From: Pseudovirgaria hyperparasitica | Lineage: Eukaryota | Assembly (NCBI GenBank): GCA_010093815.1 | Contig: ML996571.1 | Reading direction: 5' to 3' (one strand) | DNA length: 64,000 bases | Part shown: positions 48,449-62,000 of the stretch, in pieces | Numbering within the stretch: position 1 is the stretch's first letter | How the letters are laid out: each line of letters starts with the position of its first letter | Position numbers and translations under genes: made by a program | Notes under the pieces: model-generated | Databases searched by the model: none | What the model was told of the DNA's origin: nothing | The model's input: the letters and a program-made list of their open reading frames with translations, nothing else

Positions 48449-49442
48449 GGGCACTCAGCATTCGTATATACACAAGAGAAGACGAACAAGACACGAAACA
48501 ACGCATACTCTTCCCAAGGAGGTGCATAGTAGCATGAACGGGAGGCATGATTCGGGCAAACATAGCGGCTTTTTGGTTGCTTACAGACATGGAGTCTATA
48601 TCTTTCATCATCACCATCGCGTTAGCATTTCATGAACTTTTTTGCTTGCCCTACTCGACCCGTCTCGGCGTGCGTCGTCGTTTACAGTCTAGCATTGCAT
48701 GGACAGGGTGCTTTGGGGGCGCTTGGGTTAGGCAGCAAATGTATTGGATTCTTCATATATCTATCGTGCTGCTTGCGTCTACCATTTTCGTAATGACTTA
48801 GCTGGCAACTCTTCGCTCCGTTCGGAGAGCTTGCTACTAAACCATTTGTTATTTCGAACAGTAGACAGATACCCGGTATACACTACTCAACATCACATTC
48901 GGACATCCGTCCGTCCCCATCAATAACACACGGTATCTAGAGCCAAGCGGGAAAAGCAGCACCACGGACGTACTCAGGAGACCATCACATCTCTCACATG
49001 ACCTTTCCCCCTTAATAACAACACACAGTATATCTGAGCTCTACATAGAGTGCCATAGTCCTCAATCTCAAATAAACGGGCCATCTTTTGCATACCCACC
49101 CTCCCACCGGACCAGATCTCTTATGCAACTCGGTATCCCAAGTATCCGAAGATTCCTACATCCTGACCTCTTATCGCGTGGTTGGCTCATTCATTCGGAT
49201 AAAATCTTGTCTGGAAAGTTGCTTGTCGTGGTTGGGTGTGTGGTTTATCGGATGATTTGATATGTATTGCGGCATGTATTGTGTTGATGGGAGGTAAGGA
49301 GGTGAGAGGGACTTTGAGTAGGCGTAGTAAGGATATGGTGGATTCATACAGCAGTTAAATGGCCCGGAGATCCTAGCGAAGGTTGTGAATGGGAGGAATT
49401 GTTTTCCCGGCTGTGGCTCTAGGGTGTAGGATTTGATCGATC

Positions 49443-50032
49443 GGATATGGGATATGGGATATGGGATATGGGATATGGGATATGGGATATGGGATATGGG
49501 ATATGGGATATGNNNNNNNNNNNNNNNNNNNNNNNNNNNNNNNNNNNNNNNNNNNNNNNNNNNNNNNNNNNNNNNNNNNNNNNNNNNNNNNNNNNNNNNN
49601 NNNNNNNNNNNNNNNNNNNNNNNNNNNNNNNNNNNNNNNNNNNNNNNNNNNNNNNNNNNNNNNNNNNNNNNNNNNNNNNNNNNNNNNNNNNNNNNNNNNN
49701 NNNNNNNNNNNNNNNNNNNNNNNNNNNNNNNNNNNNNNNNNNNNNNNNNNNNNNNNNNNNNNNNNNNNNNNNNNNNNNNNNNNNNNNNNNNNNNNNNNNN
49801 NNNNNNNNNNNNNNNNNNNNNNNNNNNNNNNNNNNNNNNNNNNNNNNNNNNNNNNNNNNNNNNNNNNNNNNNNNNNNNNNNNNNNNNNNNNNNNNNNNNN
49901 NNNNNNNNNNNNNNNNNNNNNNNNNNNNNNNNNNNNNAGGATATGAGCTACAGGATATGAGCTACAGGATATGAGCTACAAGGCCCGAGCCACAGGATAT
50001 GAGCTACAAGGCCCGAGCCACAGGATATGAAC
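49443..50032. repeat. Compound satellite flanking an assembly gap: (GGATATG)n left, (AGGATATGAGCTAC)n with AAGGCCCGAGCCAC variants right (N 49513-49937)
   Basis: Directly visible tandem units on both sides of the gap. Confidence 0.95.
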
Positions 50033-52878
50033 TATGGATCATGCTGCAAGTAATATTTATATATGCATTCCTTTCAATGTAATGTGGAAGTCCACATTAG
50101 AGCTAAGGAGAAGCGCTGATGAAACTATGTTGTGTATTACAAGACTTACCCCCTTTACCACTGGCGGTATTGGGGATTACATCTAGCCTTTTGAGTATGG
50201 AGTTGCGTTTGATTGGTATAGTGGCTGCCTGGGTATGTAGGTTCTTGCTAGTGTTTGTGGGAGTAGATTCTGGCTAGGAGAGGGAGAGGCTGGAAATCAG
50301 GTTATCCTGGTGATTGGTTATAGCTTAATTTTGAGGGGTAGGTTTATAGGGTGTATTGGATATGGAGAAGGTTGGGAGCTGTATGTTGCTATAGGCTTTG
50401 AGGGTAGTTCTTGTGGTGGTTGAATTTGTCGTTGGAGGCAGTGTACGGGATGTCGGTCTTGGAGGATACATGTCGTATTCCCTCTGCTAAATCTTGGGGT
50501 ACAGGTATGATGTGCCTGGTGCTATGCTGATATAGTATCTGGCACAAGCCCCGCTTGGTTGATGATGAGTTGAGTTTAGATGGAGCATTAGGGCTTTTCA
50601 TGAGATCTATTACAGGATTTAGGATAGCCAATACGGCAAGCTGGTGGCTGGGCAGTTCTTATGGTGTTTTAACCAAGACCTTATACGACTTCACGACTCA
50701 CCATACATGACGTGTTCTGTGCCTTGTTTCGTTTGCTACATTAAACGAAAGCGGGCTATGGACGAATTTGAATTGCAATGTCCGATGATGTCATGTATGG
50801 GAAAGAACCTGATATATATATATATCTTCATATAGGTGACACACGTAATGCATGTTAAGTAAAAGAAAATTTAATTATAGTTGATGACAGCCAACTGTGC
50901 TGTGGATTTTGGTAGGCACTGAGTACTTCATATTATTTGACTCCATCGCTGTGTGCTAGATATGATAAAGACGCAAAGTAGCGCACATATTGATGATCCA
51001 CTGTCGTATAACATGGCAAACTTCCTGTTATTCTCTCAGGCGGTATACTCATTTGAGTCTATTCAGAACATCTGCTTAAGGGTGCTTGACGGCTAATCAG
51101 GGATATCAATCGCCGACTTTGAAAGTACAGACCTGCTATTGCATTTACATGAGCACTTCTGTACCCTCTGTCTTTTTCCCTCTAAAAGAGGGAGAGCTTG
51201 TGACGAAATTGCCAGCAACGAAGTATGAAGCATAAACCCTAATAGTACGTCGCGGCGAATGGAGCCATTTCTTTGTGATTGGCGATGTACGATATCAAAT
51301 GCTTCGTGTAAAAACGTGTGGTTCGATGGATGTGAGATCGATCCGTGATGAACTGTTGGATGGATGGGGTGGAGGTCTGTGTTTACGAATGACGACTGGT
51401 TTGATGTGAATCGGATGTAGTAGGTGAGTTGGATAGTGTTGCACAGCTGAAACCATCGAACAAGAGAACTTCAGTCGATGCGATTGTAGTGGTCCTACCT
51501 GACTTTCTTGCTTCGCTTTCTTCTCATGTCGAAACCCGTTCATCAATCAGGTTCGACAGCTTCCTAGCCAGCTGGATGTTCTCTAACTCTTTGCGGCGCG
51601 AAGTAGACCGAGAGATACCGATCTCCCGAAGTCTAGTGGGTTAGAATGATATCTAGCATACCTTACAGGCGTTTTTTAAAACGCCACTTTCAGTCTGTCG
51701 AGAGGCCGCGTAGCAGTAGCGCTAACTAGCACCAGCTACAGCAGAAGAGGAAGGCCGAATAGACTGGCCCACAGGACAAAAACTGATAGCCACAGTCGTT
51801 GACAACTGCATTATGACGTGCACGAGTGAGACAAAGGACGAGGCGAGGGATGTAATTAGGATCGGACTTCTAGCGATGAGCACCATGATGGTAAAGTGGT
51901 AAACATAAAGGAGCGCGCAAGCCCATGAAATAATTATGCTCAAGAACAAAAGACTATTAGCGGATTCCTCGCCGAGCACGTGCCTTACCTTGCGACTACG
52001 TGCACGTGACGACTCGCTCCATGCAGAACATCCCTAGCGTTCGGCTCAAAGGCAACATGGCATCGGAAACCGGCTGATTCGACAAATATGGTATCCCCTG
52101 CCACTCCGCCCAGGGATGGCACTATGATTGGTCATATAACCGATCGCAGAGAATTCTAGGGTGAATTCGCGACCTGACAAAACAACGTGGTAGTGGTTTC
52201 AGACCGCGCTGTTCCAAGCCCGCCGCCGCCTCCTCAGCATTTTGCGCCTATCGCGACGCTGCAACTATGCCGAGGGTCACGCAAGCTGACCCTTGGTTGC
52301 CCCAAAGTCACTCCCGTGTGGCCGGGCAAGCAGAGGCAGGCAGTGGCCACCCCAGAATCGCCTTCATTTCGCTCATCGCTCGTCCCTCATTTCCCACTTC
52401 TCTTACTCTTTCTTCTCTCATCCATCTCCGAATCATATACCCCGTTCCTGGTCCTGTTGGTTGAAGAACGTTTTCGTGTTGGGAAGGTTGCGCCGTGTCG
52501 GGAAGGAGATTCTCAGTAAGTCCTCGGCCCAATTCACTTTGCGCGGATATGTCGACCATTGCTCACGCTTAATTCTACGTGCGCCGTGGAGGGGTCGCAC
52601 GCCTTTCACTTCGGACTGGATCGCTAACACTGTTATATTACAGGTGAAAAGAGCTTGTTCAATAGGTACGATCGATCCTCATGTCTCACTTTCGTGAACA
52701 CCAATAGCTTGCGACAACAGTCTGACCGCCTGGTTACTGTACCATCTCTACACCTACCCTCAATCTCCCTCGCTCTGCCACAAATCCGTCATATCACGAC
52801 CATCTATCCGGCAATCGATACTACAGTACTCATACTAACATCACTGGCGTCGCTCAGCTGCACGAAGAAGTAAACAGA

Positions 52879-53575
52879 ATGTCTTCACTTTCTAGAAGGG
52901 CTTGCTACAAGTGTGGCAATGTCGGCCACTACGCCGAGGTATGCTCCTCGTCTGAGCGCCTCTGTTACAATTGCAAACAGCCTGGCCACGAAAGCAGCAG
53001 CTGCCCTCACCCACGCACGACTGAGAGTAAGGCTTTTTACGTTCACTGGACAGAGAGAAATGGCTGACGAAGCTGCAGCGAAGCAGTGTTATCACTGCCA
53101 GGGTCTTGGCCACGTTCAAGCCGACTGCCCTACCCTCCGCTTAAGCGGTGCCGGCACTTCCGGACGCTGTTATGCCTGCGGTCAGCCCGGTCACCTTGCT
53201 CGCTCCTGCCCTAATGCTGGTGGTGTTCCGGCTGGGCGCGGCGCTGGAGGTTTTGGAGGTTTCCGTGGGGGTTATGGCGGTGGAGCCCGCACTGCTACCT
53301 GCTACAAGTGTGGTGGACCAAATCACTACGCCCGAGATTGCCAGGCTCAAGCCGTCAAGTGTTATGGCTGTGGCAAGCTTGGCCATATTAGTCGCGAATG
53401 CACTGCCCCTAATGGAGGACCATTGAGCACCGCAGGAAAGACGTGTTACCGCTGTGGAGGCCCCGGCCATATTGCACGGGAGTGTCCTCAAGCCGAAGTC
53501 GACGTGAACGGAGACGGTCTACCACCCGTCATTCCTCAAGCTGCAGTACAACAGCCTGCTCCGGCCATCGCCTAG
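52879..53575 (+). CDS. GIS2: CCHC zinc-knuckle RNA-binding protein (GIS2/CNBP/Byr3 family)
   Basis: Seven CX2CX4HX4C knuckles, RGG-like linker; coding intron ~53028-53078; probable 5'UTR intron 52516-52643. Confidence 0.94.
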
Positions 53576-54499
53576 ACGCCATGCCCAAGGAATTTAAAAG
53601 TCTTTGTACACTGATTGGAATTGTATGCATTGATATTGATCATTCTTACACTCTTTAAGTTACGAACATATTCTATTTCACATGCCTGCCTTTTCATTCC
53701 TATCTCATGGCACCCGGCATACGAAGGACGAAACCCGGAATAATTTCTTTATGTGATCCCGATACCCATGATTTTATATCAACATCTTTTTACACCTCAC
53801 TCTCGGAAGCGAAGCGGCCGAGTCAATCGGCGCGACTATGAGCTTTCATGTCCACTTGTTGGATATGAGAACCAGAACGGAAGCACGGCGGTCGATGAAC
53901 AAGACGGAGAGGCGGAACCTTGGCGAGCGTATGCAAGGGCATGATGAAAGTAGAAGCATTGTGGAAGGCGGGACTAGATGGGCGGAAGCGAGTGTCGGAT
54001 GCAGTGAGGCAGAATAAATGGGCAGACTCTTTGGCAATAGCCGATAACATTACTGGAACAAGTGGTTTGATCATCGTGATCACTGGTAGTTCAAAAAGAA
54101 GTCTGTTTTGATTTAACAAGATCAACATCCTTGTGTAGTTCGCGTGTGTGGTTAACTTGGATGTGCATGTAGTCGAGTATCAACACTGAGGACGAGACTT
54201 ATGCGTTCGCCTCTAGCAACGATGTCTCTCTATTTTAGTCAAGTCTAGCAAAAGCTTCACAGATGTCGTAGGTAAATGGAAGGAGCGATCCGACGCTCGT
54301 CCGGTCACCTCAATTTTGGCAGGAAGTGTCAGCCCGTTGGAAATCGCAATTCATGAACTGCTTCTCCAACTCTCCCGTCTCATCTGATCGTACTCAATGC
54401 TGACTCAAACGCTATTGCACTCTTGACTCGCCGTTCTTTCCATGTACCGTGCCCTTGCGTGCCCTCTCTTTCTCAGCAATTACATAGTCCTATGCCATC

Positions 54500-56285
54500 A
54501 TGCCTGGCTCAACTGCCTCAGACGACTTCGACGATGTGAGCGTCACCCACGGATCCTTCACTGACAGGTAGTCTCATAGACTGAAAGATCATTGATAAGT
54601 ATTTTAGGAAGGTTTCATTGTGGACATTGATGCTATCCAAGCTCACGGTAAGTCTGCTTAATAGGAGCTTGTGCAGTTCAAGTAGCTAGCTCAATCCCAC
54701 TTTGCTCATCTCACTTGAATCTTATTTTCAGTGACGTGTTTTCACACACTGTTCCTAACTAGGCATTATTTCTAGGCATCGGAGCAGTAGATATCTCCAA
54801 GCTTAAGAGCAATGGATACTATACCATCGCCGTACGTAAACTTGTCCTTACACAGGTGATCTGAACTGACGTTCCACTTAGTCTGTTCATGCAGCGACAC
54901 GTAGAACCCTGCTCAGGATCAAAGGTTTTAGCGAGATCAAAGTTGAGAAGGTCAAAGAAGCTATCCAGAAATGCCAGGTAGTCAATATCTGCTTCTGGAG
55001 GTCGCCAGTGGGTCCTGACGACACAGTGACTGACGTATATCAGCCATCGACGTCCGGCTTCATGACTGCACAGGAGCTCGGGCAACAACGCCGTCGGGTT
55101 GTCAAGATTTCTACCGGTAGTAAACAGTGGGATGCTATACTGAATGGGTCCAGTCAAGCTTTCATCTTGAACGTGTCGTCACTGACACGAGGCAGCGGCT
55201 TCCAGAGCATGAGCATTAGCGAAGTCTTTGGAGAGTTCCGTACGTATGCACGATCTGGACAAGTGTCTTACTGATGTAGTCAAGGTTGTGGAAAGACTCA
55301 GCTATCGCACACTATGTCTGTCATCGCTCAAGTGCGTATGTTTGCCTCCGTGCAAGATATGCTCTGACCATCTGCAGTTGCCAAAGGAACTAGGTGGAGC
55401 TGAAGGCAAAGTCGCATATATTGGTAAGCTTATATACACCTTGCTTCATGTAGAATAGCACTAAAGGAGCGTTGTGATAGATACCGAAGGCACCTTCCGT
55501 CCAGAGCGGTTTGTATGGCCATACGACCATGAACGACATCGTCCTGACAATCGTACAACAGTATTGCTCAGATTGCGGAAAGGTTCGGAGGCAAGCTTTA
55601 TCACCCTTATTGGATACCTTCCAATGACTGACTTACTCAGTGGACCCCGAGCAGGCACAGGAGAACATAACATATGCAAGAGCTCAAAACAGCGAGGCAA
55701 GTCCAACACTGTTGGGCCTAAACTAAGTTGACGTGTCTAGCATCAACACGAATTGCTCAACATACTTTCGTCAAGTTTCGCAACGAACGAATACCGACTT
55801 CTCATTATCGACAGCATCATGGCTCTTTTCCGTGTTGATTACCATGGGAGAGGTGAATTGAATGAGCGTCAGCAGAAGCTAAATCAATTTCTAAGCAAGT
55901 TGACACATATGGCTGAAGAGTTCAACGTTTGCGTTCTCATGGTAAGCACCGCCGGCTAACATTGATTATCCAACATATGGCTAAAGGTCCTTATCAGACA
56001 AATCAAGTCCAATCCGATCCTGGTGCTTCGGCCCTCTTCGCTGGTGCTGATGGTCGTAAGCCAGTGGGCGGACATATACTAGCTCACGCCTCGACGACTC
56101 GCATCCTATTGCGCAAAGGTCGTGGTGAGGAACGCGTAGCGAAAATACAAGACTCTCCTGGTACGTCTTGATTTGAAATAAACCTCAGGTCATGGGCTGA
56201 CCGATCATCCGTCACAGACTGCCCAGAACGGGAGGCTACGTATATCATCACGAATGGAGGCATCAATGATCCCGAGAAGGTGTAA
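54500..56285 (+). CDS. DMC1: Meiotic recombinase DMC1, 14 exons
   Basis: Assembled exons give [39 protein letters not shown], Walker [91 protein letters not shown]. Confidence 0.97.
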
Positions 56286-57144
56286 AGCTTCATGTGAGGC
56301 TGATTGATACATATGATCGTGTTTGTACCAGCTGACTATTTAGCAGATCCATACCGTTCGACACGTCAATTCGGATACCGTTGATTCATCTTCAGCCCAA
56401 TCGTCAATCAAACATTATCCCTCCACAGGGACATTATAAGATCTATGCTGTCATCTCCAACCTAATCCGTCAAAATACCGCACACTACGCTTTCCGTATG
56501 TACCTGACCCTAACGCATACCATTTACTTCTTCGGGTAAATGTACGTCGTCTACGCTCGGCAAGTCTTTCGACATGGTGTATATCATCTCTGTATTTAGC
56601 AATCTTACATGCGAGTTCGCACCGGAGTTCGTGGGGTCGCGGCCGTTGTTAACGTTTAATGGTTGTTAGTGTGCCTAACTGCGCGAACATGTGAGTTGTG
56701 CCGCGGCTCGTTGACGCAACGTCACTTAACCAAGAAAGTATCTGCAGGGCACTAAAGCGATCGACCTGCAACGCGAAGATCTGAAGAGTATGTAATTTTG
56801 AAAGCTCGATTCAGTATGATATAATATACAGTGACAGCGGTTGGGAAAGTCTAGTGCCAACGTAGGCTAAACGAGCTGTTAGCTCTGTGAAGGTGATTAA
56901 GACTGCAGGATACATGACTGCGCAGAGTCAGTAAAAAAACGTTAGAGAATGATGCAATAAGTAGACGTACCGTAACCTCTGAACTCCTACTGTAAATCTC
57001 GAACAGCAAAAAACCTCCCACATCATGAGTTCAAAGAGGCCATACCGAGAACAAGAACAGCCAGCTAACCAGCAGCTGCATTTTACTTCCTCGTTGCATC
57101 ACATTACACCACATCACATTCCATTATATCCGAGTTAATAGCTT

Positions 57145-57513
57145 TTACTCAACTTTCCCTTCAGCAGCCTGATCCTCCGCCTCCATCTCGGCCCTCAACA
57201 CATCCTGCTCCTCACACCTCCGCATTCCCTCCTTCACCTTCTCGTCTAACTCCCACTTACTCACATCAACTCCCATGCGCTTCGCATTAGCTAGCATCTG
57301 ATAGCGATAATTGATCTGGTCGCGCATATACTTGATAGTACGCTCGAGCACTAGGGCCTCGCTGCGGCCCATGCCCTCGGTACCCGGGACCAGGGCGGCA
57401 AGTTTGTCGTATTCCTTGCGGATTGCTTCGCGGCGCTTTTGCTCTGAGGCAATGTGGTTGGCCTTTTTCTGGAGCGTTGTCAGGCGTGGGCGTGGGGGTT
57501 GGGGTTGGGGCAT
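57145..57513 (-). CDS. Small bHLH transcription factor (INO4/Mlx-like)
   Basis: KKANHIASEQKRREAIRKEYDKLAALVPG...SEALVLERTIKYMR. An upstream exon cannot be excluded. Confidence 0.88.
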   Translation of the reverse strand: MPQPQPPRPRLTTLQKKANHIASEQKRREAIRKEYDKLAALVPGTEGMGRSEALVLERTIKYMRDQINYRYQMLANAKRMGVDVSKWELDEKVKEGMRRCEEQDVLRAEMEAEDQAAEGKVE

Positions 57514-59080
57514 TTTTGCGATGTTGGTGGAGGTTTATTGGTTTATTAGATGGGATGATAATCATTGATTCCTTGATGCCTGTGTTAGGTTTGAAATTTG
57601 CGGGTTTGCGATGATTGAATTGAGAAATGGGAATCGCGGATTGGGAGTGTCGGGCGTGTGTATACCGTCGGGGTGTTTTCGGTTGGGCTCCCGTTAAAAG
57701 GTAGACTGTGCCTCGGTCAAGCGCTGCCGTGTGCTTGTTTCAGGTCGATGGTGGGTGAATTATTGAAGTTGGCTTAGGTGAGCTTGAGGATATTGATGGT
57801 CGGTAAGGACAGGAGGCGTAACGAAAGCTTTGTAAAGTGACGAGTAGGTGGTGAGTCCAGATGTTGTGATATTTCCCGATTAGGTAACTACGTGCGTCAG
57901 AGTGATTCGGCCCGATCAACTCGATGCCGTTTTGGGGTGTATGTCGTTAACTCAATCTGGATTGATGGATCTTCTTCATGAACTTGGGATTGCGACGGAC
58001 GAGGGTCTTGATGAACGCGCTGAAGCTGTTGTGTACAAGATATGCAATGGGTTCGTTCGTTGTTCAGCGATGATAGCGATGGACGGTAAACAGACACCAG
58101 CACACCCTGTGAGGCTAGCCCATACAACCAGGAAACGGTAGATGGCCTGGATAGAACTCGACGAGATGAAGTTGCAAAGAGCGATCTTGCTGACCGAGTT
58201 TGCGAAGCGGGGCTGGCCGGAGCTATAAGCAGTGCCTAGCTAGCTGTCTCAACCATGGTACGAAGGGGAGGCATGGACGAGGGGAAACACGTAACAAACT
58301 GTAAATGTATGAATGCTCTTTCAGTCGTTGGTACAGGGCGCGTGTTAAGTAAAACAGACCCGCCAAACGTGATCCTGGACATGGGCATGTCGCTGCCGGC
58401 ATGTGATTCAGCCGAGAGCGAGGTACCGCCTGTCAACCACGGGCGGTGAGCCAGACGTCACAAAAGCTTCTGATCGAGCCTGTGTACCGCATCTGAAGTA
58501 TTTCATCCATTGTCTACTGACCAGGGTCAAATTGTGAAGATGCATGAGTTGTCTCCGGACGCGTCTCCGAAGAGCGGAGAATGACGAAGTTTTTGTCCCC
58601 ATGAGTTTTGGCCCGAACGTCGATGAGCGCCTCCCGCAACTTGAGCGTTCCCACTTAAGCCCAAAATAGAAGTGGACGGCCGGGGCAGTGACGATGATGC
58701 CAAGTCCCACCTCCGAGCCTGCTCGCACTGACACTGATGACCTGGACATTAGTGTTTTATCGCTGTTGTTATTGTTGTTGTCGTGTGAATAGCTTCATGT
58801 CTTGCAGCACATTGTCCGTGTCCTCGTCACTGACACCAATCTGCTGAAGTGACCACCCTCCACTCACTCAAAACATCCTATTTCCAGCTCTCTGACGCCC
58901 TAATAAGGTCCGCGCTCGTAAACCGTAAACCTGCAAGCGCCCCTTGCCCCACATCTACTTTCCGGACACAGCACATAACACTGCATTCTCATCAACATTG
59001 GGAGATCGTGTCGTCGAATGCTGCGCGCAAAGATTTTTCTATACTCGCCGCCCACAGGTTTCGCACACGCATTCTAGGCT

Positions 59081-62000
59081 ATGTCGAGCGGCTCGAGAAG
59101 TGGCCGCCCTACGATCCGTCAAGTCGAGAGCGTTCGCAACGATGATGCTCCACCCCAGCCTCACCGCACCAGCTCCTACACCAGCCGCAAACGTGTCGTC
59201 GAAAAGAACGATGCGTACCTCTACGCTCTGCGCGTTGCATACCTGACTTATCTCCTTAAGCCGCGTCAGAAACGGATCCAACATGTCGCGCAACCGAAGG
59301 CCGCTCAGCGTTCATCGACTTCAGTCACGGATCTGGTCAAGGATATATCCCTGATAAAGGACAGCAAAAGCACGAAATTCCCGCACAAGTTTATGGGCGA
59401 GTTGGACAAGCGGATAGAAGGTGTTCTGATCGGAAAAGAGAAGATGCCGGAATATGCAGATGCCTCGGTGAAGAGAACATTTGCGGTGTTTTTGAACGAG
59501 TTCAAAAAGCCACAGTTCCGAAAGTCTATGGATAAAGATCGACGTGTTGAAGATCTGCTGCTAATTTTCTTCTCGAGCGCCACGAAAGAGCTACAAAAAG
59601 GGAAAGAGCCCGGAGACGATCAGTGGAAGCTTATGGTGGACCGTCATGTTGCGCTATTCATAAGGCTTGTCAGCTCGACGTTAAAGCATAATGATTGGAC
59701 AAGAGAGCGACCAGAACTAACGAGCAGACTCGCGAATATGGAGAAGAAACTTCTTATGCACGATCAAGATCTGTCCTCGCAAGGAACAGGACCATCCACA
59801 ATCGAGGTCGAGGTGCCACGGTCGTACCAGATCAAGGACATGGATATGGTGCGAAGAGTTGCGAATGTATTCGATATTCCGCCCTCGCAAGTACAGGCTG
59901 ATATCGACAATCACAAAACGCTATGGACAGAAAAGGCGGCCTTACAGGACTTGAAATTGTACCAGACGAATTTGAGCCTTCACAGCAAGAAGACGCTGAA
60001 CTCTGACGATTTTGATCTGGAAGACGCCTACCAAGTATGGAAGAAAGCTGAAATACCGGATATCTCACAGATGATGCTCGCACTCATGCAATCTGATCCT
60101 ACCTTAGCGAAGAGCACGCCAGGCGGAACTGTGTCTCAAATTAAACCGTCAGGAGTATCCGGCGATCCCAACTGGTCAGACGCTTCCCGGAAGATGTCTG
60201 ATAACACAGATGCTTCCTATGTGTTCGACCAGCCTGTCGATATGAGCGCTCTCAATCTACAAGAGAATGGAGATGGCAATGACGAAGGTGCATATACATT
60301 CATCCCCCCCGACCCACGAGCATATTACCGAGTCTGTGTCAGGGAGGCACTGACATATGATCTTTTGAATGCGGACTCTGAAGCCGATGGTGAAACGATG
60401 AAACTGCTTTCTAAGGAGTCCGCGGAGCTGTTGAATGAGATCGCCGTCCGGTGGAGAATACCACATTTCTCCAGAATAGTGCTATTCCTCGACGTTGTGA
60501 AAGACAAATACATCAGTCACGAATGCAGGGCTGACACCTTAGACGTGGCCTTCAATTATGTGAAGGAGCCCCCTGTCGAGAATAAGAAAAACAATCGGTC
60601 AAGTCAGATCGTATCGTCCGCTTTTTTCGATCGGAACAGATGGACTGTGACGGATTTCGCACTCATGCGACGGATTCTCTCAAGCATCTACGATAATCTA
60701 TTGAGGGACCTTTTCGAAGAAATGTTGAAGTCCTTCGACAAAACTGCCTCTGTTGAACTGGGACAGATTCTTTATGTGATAGACAATCACATTTACGAAG
60801 ATTCCCTATTCCACAAGGCAAAAGATGATATGGAAGGGTTCTCTAGGCAGCTGCACGAGGCTATACGTGGTCGAGCTGCTGAGACGTATAGCGAGCTTTT
60901 ATCGAAAGCGATCCCTAACAGCAAAGATGAGTGGGAGTTCTATCATGTCATCGAGCTCGGCAAAGCTGTTGTCAAACTGCTACAGAAAATTCTGAAGCGT
61001 TGGAGAAGACGGAGAGTGATTATGGGCGTAGATCCAGCTCAAATCCTAGTAGAAGAAATGCTACCGTCATTTGCAGGCGACGCGCGAGACCTTGTTGCTC
61101 GCATAATGGAAGTAGCACAGCAGAACGGCAAGGAGGTTCATATACAAGATGGCTTTGATCTATACAAAGAGTTGGTTGAGGTGCGCAGAGTTCATGCGGA
61201 AGTTCTGCCAGGTCGGCAATTTGATTTTCACATTGAAGGTATACTGCAAGATTTTGTCTGGCGGTGGATTGACAATACGGATGGCCAGCTTGTAGGCTGG
61301 GTGGAGAATGCTGTCAAAAACGACAACTTCCAGATACAGTCAAATGACCCCGACAACACGCCAGCCGACGAGCGACACAGCGTATCAGCCGTCGATATCT
61401 ACAGATCTTTCAATGCAAGTATCCAACAGATTATCAATCTCAATTGGGATGATGATCTGCAGTACGCAAAGTTTATGACAGCAGTGTCTAAATCAATAGG
61501 TAATGGCGTGCATAGGTATTGCGAAATGCTGGAGCAGATGTTTGGGAGAGAGATGGACCGTTTGACACCAGAACAAGAAGCGGCAGCAACACAAACGCGG
61601 CAAGAAAAGTGGCTGCAACTGGCCAAAGACACCTGGGCACAAAAGGAGAAGATTGAGCCCTTCCATTTCTTTCCAGAGGTAAGCTTGCTGCTCATTTCTG
61701 CAATCTATGACTGACGTGCTTCCAGTCTTTGGTCAAGCTGAACAACATTGAATATGCGACTCTTCAACTAGACAGGCTTGAACACGAAGTCAATGTCGAC
61801 GCATGTGCCAGTGTCATACAGAAATTCGCACCACCTGTGCAGCAGAGAATGCCACAGTCGAATAAGTACGTATTCACTATCAAGATCATCGAAGCCGAAG
61901 ATCTCAAGGCTTGCGACATGAACGGACTCAGCGACCCGTACGTGGTACTAGGAGACGAATACCAGAAGCGCCTAGCGAAGACTCGCATTATGTACGGCAA

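Noticed and set aside
49433..49974. ORFs with MGYGIWD repeats
   Set aside because: Artefacts of translating a 7-mer satellite and an N gap
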